From NCBI RefSeq assembly GCF_001194135.2, contig NC_068986.1, positions 10,883,587 to 10,947,586 of the forward strand: 64,000 nt of DNA, read 5' to 3'. The notes beneath the pieces were generated by a model. It was not told the DNA's origin. It was given only the letters and a program-made list of their open reading frames with translations, and made no database searches. The stretch is from Octopus bimaculoides. Lineage: Eukaryota. Shown piece by piece: positions 1 to 11,483 of the stretch (positions are counted from its first letter, which is position 1; every line of letters begins with the position of its first letter). A program made the translations under genes and the position numbers.

Positions 1-49
1 AGAAATTGAAAATAGAAACAGTTAAACTTGAGGAAAATAACAAAAGTGC

Positions 50-210
50 CAGGCGTGGGCTGTGTGGTAAAGAGTTTGCTTCCAAACCACATGGTTTCAC
101 GTTCAATCTCTCTGCGTGGCACCTTGGGCAAGCATCTACTATAGCCCCAAGCCAAAAAAGCTTTGTGAACAGATACATGGTAGACAAAAACCGAAAAGAA
201 GCCCATTGTG

Positions 211-257
<47 letters not shown>
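50..257 (+). mobile_element. tRNA-derived SINE family A, 5' half ending in internal (CA)n
   Basis: Matches the head and central domain of complete copies at 4778-5138 and 8722-9143 (CCTTGGGCAAG...AAAGCTTTGTGA...GAAGCCC), then microsatellite. Confidence 0.75.
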
Positions 258-260
<3 letters not shown>

Positions 261-830
261 TACATAGAGACCAATAGCCAGACTACTACCTCCCACTCCG
301 AGGGGTATGTGTTTGCAATCCAGGAACAGGAAATACCAAACAAGTACCTGATGCACAAATGGGATAGAGATGCAGGAAAAGCTGTAAAATGTGACAACCG
401 ATGCAGACTGAATGGAGTTCATACTGAAGATATCACCCACATCATAAACAGTTTTCTGAAAATGCCATCACAATATTATCTACTGATAAGACATGACGTT
501 GTAGCTAGGACACTCTATAATGAAATCTGTCAGAAGGATAATCCCAAGGACAAAGAAATAAAAACCCACAATATGGTAGAAGCCATAGCCACTCATAATG
601 AAAAGAAATACTGGTGGAATGTCCCAGAGAACACCTCAATAAAATGTAAGCACAACAGACCTGATATGATTTTGGGATAGAGAAGAGAAACTGTGCACAG
701 TTGTGGAAATTAGCTGCCCAGCAGATGTTAACATAAAGTTGAAGATTAGTGAAAAAGAGAACACCTATGCTGAACTATTGAGAAATCTGCAGTTACTCTA
801 TCCAGATTACATGACCTCAGCAAGCTACTC
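258..830 (+). mobile_element. R4/Dong-like (RLE-type) non-LTR retrotransposon, 3' ORF fragment
   Basis: Translation has a degraded CCHC knuckle (CRL..EDITHII), RHDVVA, RPD and ISCPAD..K..EKENTY motifs of the restriction-like endonuclease. One in-frame stop at 678-680; runs into a gap. Confidence 0.8.
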
Positions 831-1469
831 CGCCCCCCCCCCCCNNNNNNNNNNNNNNNNNNNNNNNNNNNNNNNNNNNNNNNNNNNNNNNNNNNNNNNN
901 NNNNNNNNNNNNNNNNNNNNNNNNNNNNNNNNNNNNNNNNNNNNNNNNNNNNNNNNNNNNNNNNNNNNNNNNNNNNGGGGGGGGGGGTGAGGAAAGGTGA
1001 TTCCAAAACGTTTCCAGTTCTGGAAGTGAAGGATTGAGAGAAGTATTTAGTGTGAGATTTGGGAAAAGGGAGGCAAAGATATAAAAAATAGAGGTGGATG
1101 CATAATATGGGCCAAACCTTAATTTTTCTATCCTCCTCCTTTCCTTACCTTTTCTTTCTCTCCTCCCACTATCACCCACCCTCTCTTTCTCATTATCACA
1201 CTTTCTTTATACTGTTACACGTTTGTTTTTTCCCTTGCTTTTATTTACATCCCTTCTTTCTCTTTCTCACCTTTCCTATCAACATTTTCATTAATCACCT
1301 TTTTCCATTTAGCCATCTCGTTTATCTTTGCGGCCATGCAGGACCACAGCATGGCACCTTGGTTAAGTATTTTCTACAACAGCCCCGAACTGACCAAAGA
1401 TTTGTGGGTGGACTTGATAGATGGAAACTGAAAGAAGCCCACCGTGTATGCATATGTCTCATTTGTCTT

Positions 1470-1660
1470 GACATCACATGATAGTCGCAAATGAGTGTCA
1501 CTGTCGTACAAGAAGTGTCATTCGTTTCCAATATTCTGCAAAAACATGTCTGGCCATTGGGAAGTGTTTACCTCATACTGGGAACAAGTAAGAAAGGGTG
1601 GGCAACAGGAAGGGCATCTGCTTGTAAAAAAAAACTTGCCTCAATAAACTTTGTCCAGCC
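1470..1660 (-). repeat. Unclassified interspersed repeat (family D)
   Basis: Reverse complement resembles 9420-9600, 19770-19920 and 29400-29545. Confidence 0.5.
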
Positions 1661-1847
1661 CATGCAAACATGCAAAAATGAACACTGAGCAAAGACCATC
1701 ACACACACACACACACACACACACACTTTTATCCCTGTCTTATTTTGTTTCTTTTCAGTAAATAAGCTTTTCCACTTCATTTTTTTTTCTACTACCTTTC
1801 TTATTTCATTTTCACATTTCCAACCCCCATCTCTCTCTCTCAAAGCA

Positions 1848-1893
<46 letters not shown>

Positions 1894-2351
1894 CACACAC
1901 ACACCTTCTTTCCCTTTCAATTTATCTATTACTTACCTCCCTTCCTTGGTCTTCCACTCCATGACTCACAAACCATATGCAAATATCAAAAAGGTCTATT
2001 GACAAAACTACAATTCATAAGCATCACAGTGTCCGCATAATAATATAACACTTATAAAGCCATAAACTGTATCTCACGCACTACTACAAAGGCATACAGC
2101 ATTAGCGTTAAATGCTCTTTCACTTGAAAGGCATATGAGCAAAAGGAGGTTGTGGTGTTCATGCCTTTCTCAAAAAGCACTTGTGCAATTTGTGAAATAG
2201 GTAAGCACGTGAATTGAACCTAGCTGAGCAAACTTGCTTCACCAAGAACTTATTTAACCTGTATCACACAATTACACACACACACACATACACACACACA
2301 CAGCATACACATGCACACACACAAACACACACATACATACACATACACACA

Positions 2352-2399
<48 letters not shown>

Positions 2400-3051
2400 N
2401 NNNNNNNNNNNNNNNNNNNNNNNNNNNNNNNNNNNNNNNNNNNNNNNNNNNNNNNNNNNNNNNNNNNNNNNNNNNNNNNCCCCCCCCGGAACTAAAAATA
2501 TGCAAAGATTTGAGGTGATCATAAAAACTAAGAGATAAAAGACAGGAGAACATTTGCATAATAAAAACAATGGAGCAACACAAAACAAATTAGCATAAAA
2601 TGTGAACAGCTTCAATGACAAGGTCAATAGGTACAAGAGACAGCCTCCCAATAGATTTACTTCTATTTTCTCACAAACACAGCTTCAGTCTTTATTCTAT
2701 CAATTCTAATTATTTTACCAGACTTCATGTTCAACTTTTCCTCCACCACTTTCCAAGATGACCTCAATAAATAAGTTTTTGAAGTCACATTTAGATTAGA
2801 GAGAGAAAGAGGCAACATTTTGTTTGCCTTCAACTTTTTTTCTTTTTTGCATGTTTCATTCATTAGATTGTGGCCATGCTGCAGCACCACTTTGAAGAAT
2901 TTTACTCAAATGAATTGACTCCCGGTACTTATTTTTTCATAAAGCCTGGCACATATTCTTACATTCCTCATTACTGAACTGCTAAGTTACAGGAACCTAA
3001 ACACAATGACACCAGTTGTCAAGAAGTAATGGTGGGTAGAGGTAGAGGAAC

Positions 3052-3104
<53 letters not shown>

Positions 3105-3231
3105 ATATGCTCACACACACACACACATATGCTCACACACACATATACATGCAATTGGCTTCTACTATAGCTTCGGACCAGCCAAAGCCTTGTGAGTGGA
3201 TTTGGTAGATGGAAACTGAAAGAAGCCTGTA

Positions 3232-3339
<108 letters not shown>

Positions 3340-4016
3340 ATGGGAAGTGACTTTGTGTGCCTGATAAGGGGTTAGAATATAATAGAACAGAGGTATCTTA
3401 CTACAGAGGGGGTACTTGGCTAACCCAGTGGGACAAGGAAGGAGAAATAGAGTTAGAGAGGACAGAAAGAGAGAGAGAGAGAAACAGTGTTGGAGATGCA
3501 TCAGGATCTACCGACAGGTAACAGTGGGGAGGGGGAGTATAAATGGTTGAGAAGAGAGAGGGAAGGGTGTCCCATAGGAGTGTGAAGGGAGATGTTTAGG
3601 GGTGGGGAAGGAGTGACTGTAGCAAGTGATGCTGAGTGAAATTAGAGAGGCTGGTAGGGAGGCAAGGAGAGCATGTGGATAGGCATGTGAGGGAGAGCGG
3701 GAAGGAGGGAGGAGGGACCTGCAGGGGGTAGTGATCATGGGTGGCAAGATGGGTGGGGAGGTGTGCTGCAGGGGAGTTTTGACAGAGGACCAGCAAAAAA
3801 TCTCCAGTGAATTTGAACTCACGAGCCAGTGGATTTGGTAGATGGAAACTGAAAAAAGCCTGTCATATATGAGTGTGTGTGTCCATGGGAAGTGACTTTG
3901 TGCCTGGTAAGAGGTTAGAATGTAATGGAAGGACAGAGATAGTTATCTTACTACAGAGGGGATGCCTGGCTGACCCAGTGGGACAAGGACAAGCCTCTAA
4001 GGTAAACAACATTGAA

Positions 4017-4219
4017 CCCCTAAGCATTTAGATTTCTCTGTCAAATGTAACATTTATTCATCCACATTGTTTAGAACTAACCATGCCATTATCTTGTAGC
4101 TTTGAAATTTCAATGATGTAATTGTTTAGTTTTGGAATGACATTGTAGAGAAGGTATGAGAAGCCAGATCTGGCCAGTTTGAACATAAAACTGATATGGC
4201 TGGTTTCAATGCTAAAAAG
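4017..4219. mobile_element. piggyBac-type MITE, family 2
   Basis: Termini CCCCTAAGCATT / AATGCTAAAAAG followed by TTAA; homologous to 5441-5616 and 45607-45819. Confidence 0.65.
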
Positions 4220-4777
4220 TTAAAAGAAACCAAATCAGCCATTTCCTCTAAAAAACCAACAAATTTCCTTCCCTGTTTAGATTCCTTAATCCATGCCTCT
4301 TTTTTCATTTTTAACCAATTTTCTCTTTATCTATTTATCTCTCTCGGTAGACTCGCCACCCCAGGAGACTGACTTGCAAAAAATTACTCTTATCCTACAC
4401 TTTTATCACCAGCAGAGTTTTCTCAATCATATTGCATCTTGTTAAAAGATTAAAGAATAACACGAAAAGGAAGTAAAAAAAAATCCAATGTAGAAATAAT
4501 ATCCAAGTAGAATATCTTAAAATGTACTTAAATGATAACACAAGATTAATTACTAAAAGAAATAAATACATTGGTTATACACATACATACACTTTCTCTC
4601 CAAATACTTCATCCAGGTGGACCGGTTCAGAGAAATATATTCTTGTGTTTGGAGTTTTTAAATCTAAAAGTCTGTTTCACTAATATCAGAGCTTATCAAC
4701 ATTCAATCTAGGTCCCTTAAATGTGAGTATGTCCGCTGGGTATAGCAGATATTTGTTGTTAAAAATGTATATCCATA

Positions 4778-5138
4778 GGTGCAAGAGTGGCTATGTGGTA
4801 AGTAGCTTGCTTCCCAATCACATGGTTTCGGGTTCAGTCCCACTGCAAGTGTCTTCGACCAAAGCCTTGGCAGTGGATTTGGTAGATGGAAGCTGAAAGA
4901 AGCCCATCATATATATATGTATATGCTTGTGTGTCTGTGTTTGTCCTCCCCCACCATCTCAACAACTGATGTTGGTATGTTTACATCCCCCGTAACTTAG
5001 CAGTTCGGCAAAAGAGACCGGGAAAATAAGTATTAAGCTTACAATGAATAAGTCCTGGGGTTGATTTGTTCAACTAAAGGCAGTGCTCCAGCATGGCCGC
5101 AATCAAATGACTGAAACAAGTAAAAGAATAAAAGAATA
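4778..5138 (+). mobile_element. tRNA-derived SINE family A, full length
   Basis: tRNA-like head (GTGGTAAG...GGTTCAGTCCC), conserved centre, internal TA/TG microsatellite, tail ending GACTGAAACAAGTAAAAGAATA; many copies in the window. Confidence 0.85.
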
Positions 5139-5720
5139 GGCATGGGTGTGGCTGTGGGGTAAGAAGCTTGCTTCCCATCCACATCGTCCTACGGTTCCAG
5201 GTTCAGTCCTACTGCATGACACCTTGGGTAGGTGTCTTTTACTATAGCCTCAGGCCAACCAAATCCTTGTGAGTGAATGGTAAATGGAAACTGAATGAAG
5301 CCCATCATATAATGTGTGTGTGTGTGTGTGTGTGTGCATGCTTGACCCCCACCGTGCTTGACAACCGGTGCTGGTATGCTTATGTCTGTAACTTGGTGCT
5401 TTGACAAAAGGAGACTGACAGAATAAGTACCAGGCTTTGATCATTTAGCATTTAAACCGGCCGAATCCAGCCAAAATATTCTGTTTTATGGTCAATCTAA
5501 AACTAAGCCATCACATCGTTAAAATCTCAAAGCTACGAGACATTGCATGAAGAATTGATCACAATGTGAAAGAAATAAGTATTGCATTTGACAGAATAAT
5601 CTGAAATGCCAAAGGGTTAAATGGAAGAAATAAATACTGATACTGGGGTTGATTCATCCAACTAAAATTCTTCAAGGCACTGCCACAGTCTAAGGACTAA
5701 AACAAGTAAAAGATAAAAGA
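5139..5720 (+). mobile_element. SINE family A copy interrupted by a piggyBac-type MITE (5441-5616)
   Basis: Head-to-tail with the previous copy; SINE tail resumes at about 5630 after the MITE end AAAGGG-TTAA. Confidence 0.7.
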
Positions 5721-5789
5721 TCTTCAGACAACATTTTCTGGTCCCAACAACTTATTCAAACTTCATAAATGATGTCTTTTTAATTCAAA

Positions 5790-6175
5790 CGTTGTCATCA
5801 TTTAGCATCCGTTTTCCCTGCTGGCATGGGTTAGACGGTTTGACCGGAACTGTACCAGGCTCCAGTCTGGTTTGGCATGGGTTTTATGGCTGGATGCCCT
5901 TCCTGACGCCAGCCACTCCAAGAGTGAAGTGGGTGTCTTTTACGAGTCACGAGCACGAGTGCTTTTACGAGTCACCAGCACACGGGTGCTTTTACGAGTC
6001 ACCGGTACACGGGTGCTTTTACGAGTCACCGGCACACAGGTGCTTTTACGAGTCACCGGCAAACGGGTGCTTTTACGAGTCACCGGCAAACGGGTGCTTT
6101 TACGAGTCACCAGCAAACGGTTGCTTTTACGAGTCACCGGCACACAGGTGCTTTTACGAGTCACCAGCATGGGTT
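5790..6175 (-). mobile_element. RTE-type 3' tail and body (family C) with 27-bp internal tandem array
   Basis: Minus strand ends GTCAAACCGTCTAACCCATGCCAGCAGGGAAAACGGATGCTAAATGATGAC, the same tail as 14010-14125, 18700-18770, 54640-54710 and 60077-60130. A related body follows the RTE ORF stop at 16389. Confidence 0.8.
5932..6169. repeat. Minisatellite, 27-bp unit GTGCTTTTACGAGTCACCGGCA(C/A)ACGG, about 9 copies (first partial)
   Basis: Directly visible; gives the periodic RVLLRVTGK translation in the ORF track. Confidence 0.95.
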
Positions 6176-6372
6176 AAATGGGCTGAATCCTGTAAGTACT
6201 GGAAGACCAGGCAAACCTGTGGCAAAGGCAGAGCAAGCCCCTAACTCTTCACCTTGTTCTAAAAATCAGCTTAATATCGATGCCCCCTCCCCCCACAAAA
6301 AAAGTGGGGGGACCGTATCAGATATTAAGCTGATAAGAACAGACACTACCATTTGATCTTAGCCTAAAGGCT
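6176..6372 (-). ncRNA. U2: U2 snRNA-like sequence, nearly full length, probably a retrocopy or pseudogene
   Basis: Minus strand reads GCCTTTAGGCTAAGATCAAATGGTAGTGTCTGTTCTTATCAGCTTAATATCTGATACG, then a stem IIb hairpin, GATATTAAGCTG plus Sm site ATTTTT, TAGGGGCTTGCTC and a stem-loop IV-like end. It is colinear with metazoan U2 as recalled. The first ~10 nt are missing or diverged. Confidence 0.9.
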
Positions 6373-6399
6373 GCTGCTGTTAAATTTTTAATCCCAAAA

Positions 6400-6575
6400 T
6401 GGCAGAATGACCAGCACAGACAAAATGCTTAGCATTTCTTCTAGCTTTTTATGTTTTGAATTCAAATTCCACTGAGGTCAACTTAACCTTTCACCTTTTC
6501 AGGGTCAATAAAATAAAGTACCAGCTGAGCACTGACGTCAATGTAACTGACTTGTTCCTTCTGCCAAAATGTAAA
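6400..6575 (+). mobile_element. SINE family B (Meta-domain-like), degraded
   Basis: TTCAAATTCCACTGAGGTCAAC...CTTTCA...GGGTCAATAAAATAAAGTACCAG core shared with many copies. Confidence 0.7.
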
Positions 6576-6626
6576 ACCATTAATTTTTCTTAACCACTTC
6601 CACCGTTTTAGCTTAAAAAAAAAAAC

Positions 6627-7281
6627 GTATCTATTTTAAAACGGGGGCGCCAGTTTTCATTCATGTTTTATGTAGTGTTTTTGGTACCAAAAGACTTTCA
6701 AACTTCGTATACTTATCTATTTTGTGTTATAGAACAGAAAAATATTTTTGTATTCGAATTTATTTCATGTAAAAAATTGTCTTATTTCGATAATTTCTAC
6801 TAATCACTGACGTCTATTCAGTTGAAAACAGTTAGCGCTGTAACGGTGTATACCGTATTAATCCCCTAACCCTAACCCGACTGTTAACCATAACCGTAAC
6901 CCTAACACTAAAACTAACCCTAACTCTAGAATCCGAACTCTAAAATTGTTACACACATAGATACACACAGCGTAATTTATTATATAAACAATATATGCGT
7001 ATAAATTACGATTAAACCGGATGAAATATGTCACAGGGAATAACATTTTTATGACCGCCCAGCAGTAACTCTATTGAGCTGAATAGACGTCAGTGATTGG
7101 TTGAAATTACAGAAATACGACAACTTTAACATGGAATAACTTGCGAATTCCTTTTTTTTGTTAAGAAGACTAAGAGTAAAAGATGTTTTATATGACACAT
7201 TCTACCAGTGTCCCAAGTTTCAAAGTGTTTCGTTAGTGTTTCGTTAAGAAAATACTGGCGCCCCCGTTTTAAAATAGATCC
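6627..7281. mobile_element. Non-autonomous DNA transposon (Mutator-like MITE) with 26-bp perfect TIRs and 8-bp TSD
   Basis: ATCTATTTTAAAACGGGGGCGCCAGT (6629-6654) is the exact reverse complement of 7254-7279; AAAAAAAC flanks both ends (6619-6626, 7282-7289). Superfamily inferred from G-starting termini and TSD length. Confidence 0.85.
6862..6925. repeat. Degenerate telomere-like (CCCTAA)n tract inside the MITE
   Basis: CCCTAACCCTAACCC...CCATAACCGTAACCCTAACACTAAAACTAACCCTAAC. Confidence 0.75.
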
Positions 7282-8721
7282 AAAAAAACTTCAAAATTTC
7301 TGTTTTTATTATTTTTCAAAAATTTACAGTTCTTTCAAAAATAAATTTTCATGATCATTTACTGTCCTCGTTCTTTGCAGGCATGGGCTTCACAGTCCTT
7401 TGGCTTGTCAGCTCCTGTCAAACCATGCCAGCAGGGAACAAAGGTCATTAAACGATAACAAACTATCCTTGAAAGATCTCTAATATTTTTCTTTAGTATT
7501 TCAAAAGAATTTTAGTTGTCCCTCCAAATTTATGCAATAAAATGTCCCACAACCCATAAGTAAGCTATCTCTTTCTCCTTCACCCATGGCACAAAATAAA
7601 CACCAGATATCTCACACAAAATAACCTACCTGCACCTATTATGTTTACTTGAAAACGCTTAATATTGCAATTTAAGGTAAAGAAATAAATGACCTTGGTG
7701 TAAATTTATGCTTGGCTTTTATATAACCCTTCTCTGTTGTTAGACAAGATTATCGCTGTTCACTTGCCAGTCAAACAACATACAAATGAAACTAGCTTTC
7801 AGTGCTTTTACTATGCTCTAATTCCTTTCAACACAGGAATGCACACTACCACGTTTCATTTTCTCATTTCCTTTCTGTTTATTATTATTATTATTATTAT
7901 TATTATCATCATCATGTTGAGTCCTCTTACTTGTGACATTTAAATAACTGCGCAAAAAGTGGTCCTTTCAAAATATCCTGACATTTCTCCTGTTTCATAA
8001 CAAAAGAACAGCAATTCTAAGCAAGTCAAAGAAAGAGACCAGGGAATTACAACAAATCTAAGCCAGTCAATGATACAGACCTGGAAATTCAATTTTTCAA
8101 AGCACTTCTCACATAAACTTATATTTTCTAAGATTTCCCATTTTCTTACTGTTGTGATAAGTTAAGTTGAAAGTGTGAGTGCTGACTGAGAAAACGTTTT
8201 TATATATGTTGTTATATCCAAGACTACTTTATATGATGTATTTTTTTTTAGTCCTAATGTAGGAGGATGTGATTTGAGGGAAATTTGGCTGCTATATCTA
8301 ACAGGCTCAGGCCATATTAGTATTAGTTTTTGACAGGTGTTCAGTATTAACTTATATAAGCTCATTTCCTCTTTACTTAGAAGCTGCAATCTCTTGGCAG
8401 AAGAATAGAGATAAGTAAACATTCACAATGGCTAATGAGCCAAAAACCAGCCTTTCCATAATGTCTACAGCTTCACACAGTATTCATTCAGCACAGACTC
8501 CTCACATTGTGAATTTCATAGGCAGAAACTGAAAGAAGCCTGCTGCATAAGTGTGTTCAAATGACTGAAACAAGTAAAAGATAAATCATACAATATGCTT
8601 TAGGGTTGGGTTAGTGTTAATAAGAATTTTAAACAGTTTTAGATGAGCAAAATTAACCAATGTCCTTTCAGTACACAAAACTGAGAGCAGTAATGATTGT
8701 TATATAAACTATGTCAACATA

Positions 8722-8884
8722 GGCACAGGAGTGGTTGTGTGATAAGTAGCTTGCTGCACAACCAAATGGTTCTGGGTTCAGTCCCAATGCGTGACACTTT
8801 GGCCAAGTGTCTTCTACTACAGTCTCGAGCCGACCAAAGCTTTGTGAGTGGATTTGGTAGACGGAAACTGGAAGAAACCCATCG

Positions 8885-8935
<51 letters not shown>

Positions 8936-9143
8936 GTATGTATGTATTTGTGTGTTTGTGTTTGTCCTTACTGCCATAGCTTGACAACCGATGCTGGTAT
9001 GTATGTCCCTGTAACTTAGCGGTTCGGCAAAAGAGACCAATAGAATAAGTACTAGGCTGGGATCGATTTCTTTGACTAACACCCTTTAAAGCAGTGCTCC
9101 AGCATGGCCACAGTCAAATGACTGAAATAAATAAAAGAATAAA
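8722..9143 (+). mobile_element. SINE family A, full length
   Basis: Same head, centre, (CA)n and tail as 4778-5138. Confidence 0.85.
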
Positions 9144-9173
9144 AAAATATGTTGATGGGCTTAAGTTAATAAG

Positions 9174-9204
<31 letters not shown>

Positions 9205-9739
9205 GTAGTTCTATACAATTCCACACAATCCTCGCTTCCACATCCTCTGGACTATTTATAAGCACTCATAAAGCAGTCACGGGTGACACTCCTTACTTCA
9301 AAAGGATCACTACACTATTATGTAATATTCTCAGAATAATTAACTTCCTTATTTCAATTACTGCTACATTTATCATTGCTTTTAAAAGCCACTTTTCCAT
9401 ACTTGCGTGAGTTAAACGGAATTTGTCGAAGCAGATTTTCTACAGCTGGAAACCCTTCTTGCTTCCAACACTCACCTGTTCTCAAACAAGGTGATATTTT
9501 CCCATGGCGAGACATGTTTCCATGCAAGGTTAGAAATGAAGGACACTGCTCGTAAAACAGTGACACTCGTTTACAACAATCAAATGAATCACTGACCACA
9601 ACATACTGTATGCATTAAAAGTAATCAAACCTGTATGATATTAGGAAGTGATAAATGTAATTTATTTATTTTCCATTTTTTTCGGAATTTTATTTAAATC
9701 CTCATTCTCTCATTAGCAACTTTCTTCCTTCTTTTTTTC

Positions 9740-9965
9740 TTTTACTTGTTTCAGTCATTTTATTGTGGCCATGCTGGAGCACTGCCTTTAGTTGAACAAA
9801 TTGACCCCAGGACTTATTCTTTGTAAGCCTAGTACTTATTCTATCGGTTTCTTTTGCTGAACTGCTAGGTTACGGGGACGTAAACACACCAACATCAATT
9901 ATCAAGCGATGGTGGGTGAACAAACACAAACACACAAATACATACATACACACACACACACACAC
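9740..9965 (-). mobile_element. SINE family A, 3' half
   Basis: Reverse complement of the family A tail. Confidence 0.8.
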
Positions 9966-10704
9966 ATATATTTGTATATATATATATATATTATTTTATT
10001 TAAAAGAGTTCCAACTCTGTCTNNNNNNNNNNNNNNNNNNNNNNNNNNNNNNNNNNNNNNNNNNNNNNNNNNNNNNNNNNNNNNNNNNNNNNNNNNNNNN
10101 NNNNNNNNNNNNNNNNNNNNNNNNNNNNNNNNNNNNNNNNNNNNNNNNNNNNNNNNNNNNNNNNNNNNNNNNNNNNNNNNNNNNNNNNNNNNNNNNNNNN
10201 NNNNNNNNNNNNNNNNNNNNNNNNNNNNNNNNNNNNNNNNNNNNNNNNNNNNNNNNNNNNNNNNNNNNNNNNNNNNNNNNNNNNNNNNNNNNNNNNNNNN
10301 NNNNNNNNNNNNNNNNNNNNNNNNNNNNNNNNNNNNNNNNNNNNNNNNNNNNNNNNNNNNNNNNNNNNNNNNNNNNNNNNNNNNNNNNNNNNNNNNNNNN
10401 NNNNNNNNNNNNNNNNNNNNNNNNNNNNNNNNNNNNNNNNNNNNNNNNNNNNNNNNNNNNNNNNNNNNNNNNNNNNNNNNNNNNNNNNNNNNNNNNNNNN
10501 NNNNNNNNNNNNNNNNNNNNNNNNNNNNNNNNNNNNNNNNNNNNNNNNNNNNNNNNNNNNNNNNNNNNNNNNNNNNNNNNNNNNNNNNNNNNNNNNNNNN
10601 NNNNNNNNNNNNNNNNNNNNNNNNNNNNNNNNNNNNNNNNNNNNNNNNNNNNNNNNNNNNNNNNNNNNNNNNNNNNNNNNNNNNNNNNNNNNNNNNNNNN
10701 NNNN

Positions 10705-10744
<40 letters not shown>

Positions 10745-10850
10745 TTTACTTGTTTCAGTCATTGGACTGGTCATGCTGGGACACTGCCTTGATGTGATTT
10801 AATCAAATAAATCAACTCGAATACTTTTTTTTTTTAGATATATTGTGTAT

Positions 10851-11035
10851 GTGTTGCTGTATGGTAAGTAGCTTGCTTACCAACCACATGGTTCGGAGTT
10901 CTCTCCCACTTCTTGAGCAAGTGTCTTCTACTATAGCCTTGGGCCGACCAAAGCCTTGTGAGTGGATTTGGTAGACGGAAACTGAAAGAAGCCTGTCATA
11001 TATCATCATCGTCGTTTAACGTCAGCTTTCCATGC

Positions 11036-11072
<37 letters not shown>

Positions 11073-11275
11073 CTGTGTTCGTCCTCCCACCATCGCTTAA
11101 CAACTGATGTTGGTGTGTTTACGTCCCCATAACTTAGCGGTTCGGCAAAGGGGTCGATAGAATAAGTACTAGGCTTACAAAGAATAAATCCTGGGGTCGA
11201 TTTGTTCGACTAATGGTAGTGCTCCAGCGTGGCCGCAGTCAAATGACTGAAACAAGTAAAAGAAAACAAAAAGAA
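10851..11275 (+). mobile_element. SINE family A with a short RTE-tail fragment (about 11003-11036) in its microsatellite
   Basis: Family A head and tail; CATCATCGTCGTTTAACGTCAGCTTTCCATGCTA insert. Confidence 0.8.
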
Positions 11276-11450
11276 TAATACCAATTCTACTAGTCTCTCT
11301 TGCTGGACCACCAAGTTACGGGAATGTAAACAAACCAACACCACTTGTCAAGCGGTAGTGGGGAACACAGAATTTCAGTTTCCATCAACCTAATTCATTC
11401 ACAAAGCTTTGGATGACGACAATAGAAGACACTTGACCAAGATAGAAAGG

Positions 11451-11483
<33 letters not shown>

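Noticed and set aside
5932-6169. CRISPR-like appearance of the array
   Set aside because: Units are contiguous with no unique spacers, there are no cas genes, and the context is eukaryotic.
5792-6244. 150-aa ORF with periodic CFYESPA repeats
   Set aside because: By-product of the 27-bp minisatellite and the antisense U2.
9902-10802. Long ORFs of 250-400 aa here and at 31530, 34670, 46280 and 56005
   Set aside because: They consist of N gaps plus microsatellite translations (HT, YI, CV repeats).
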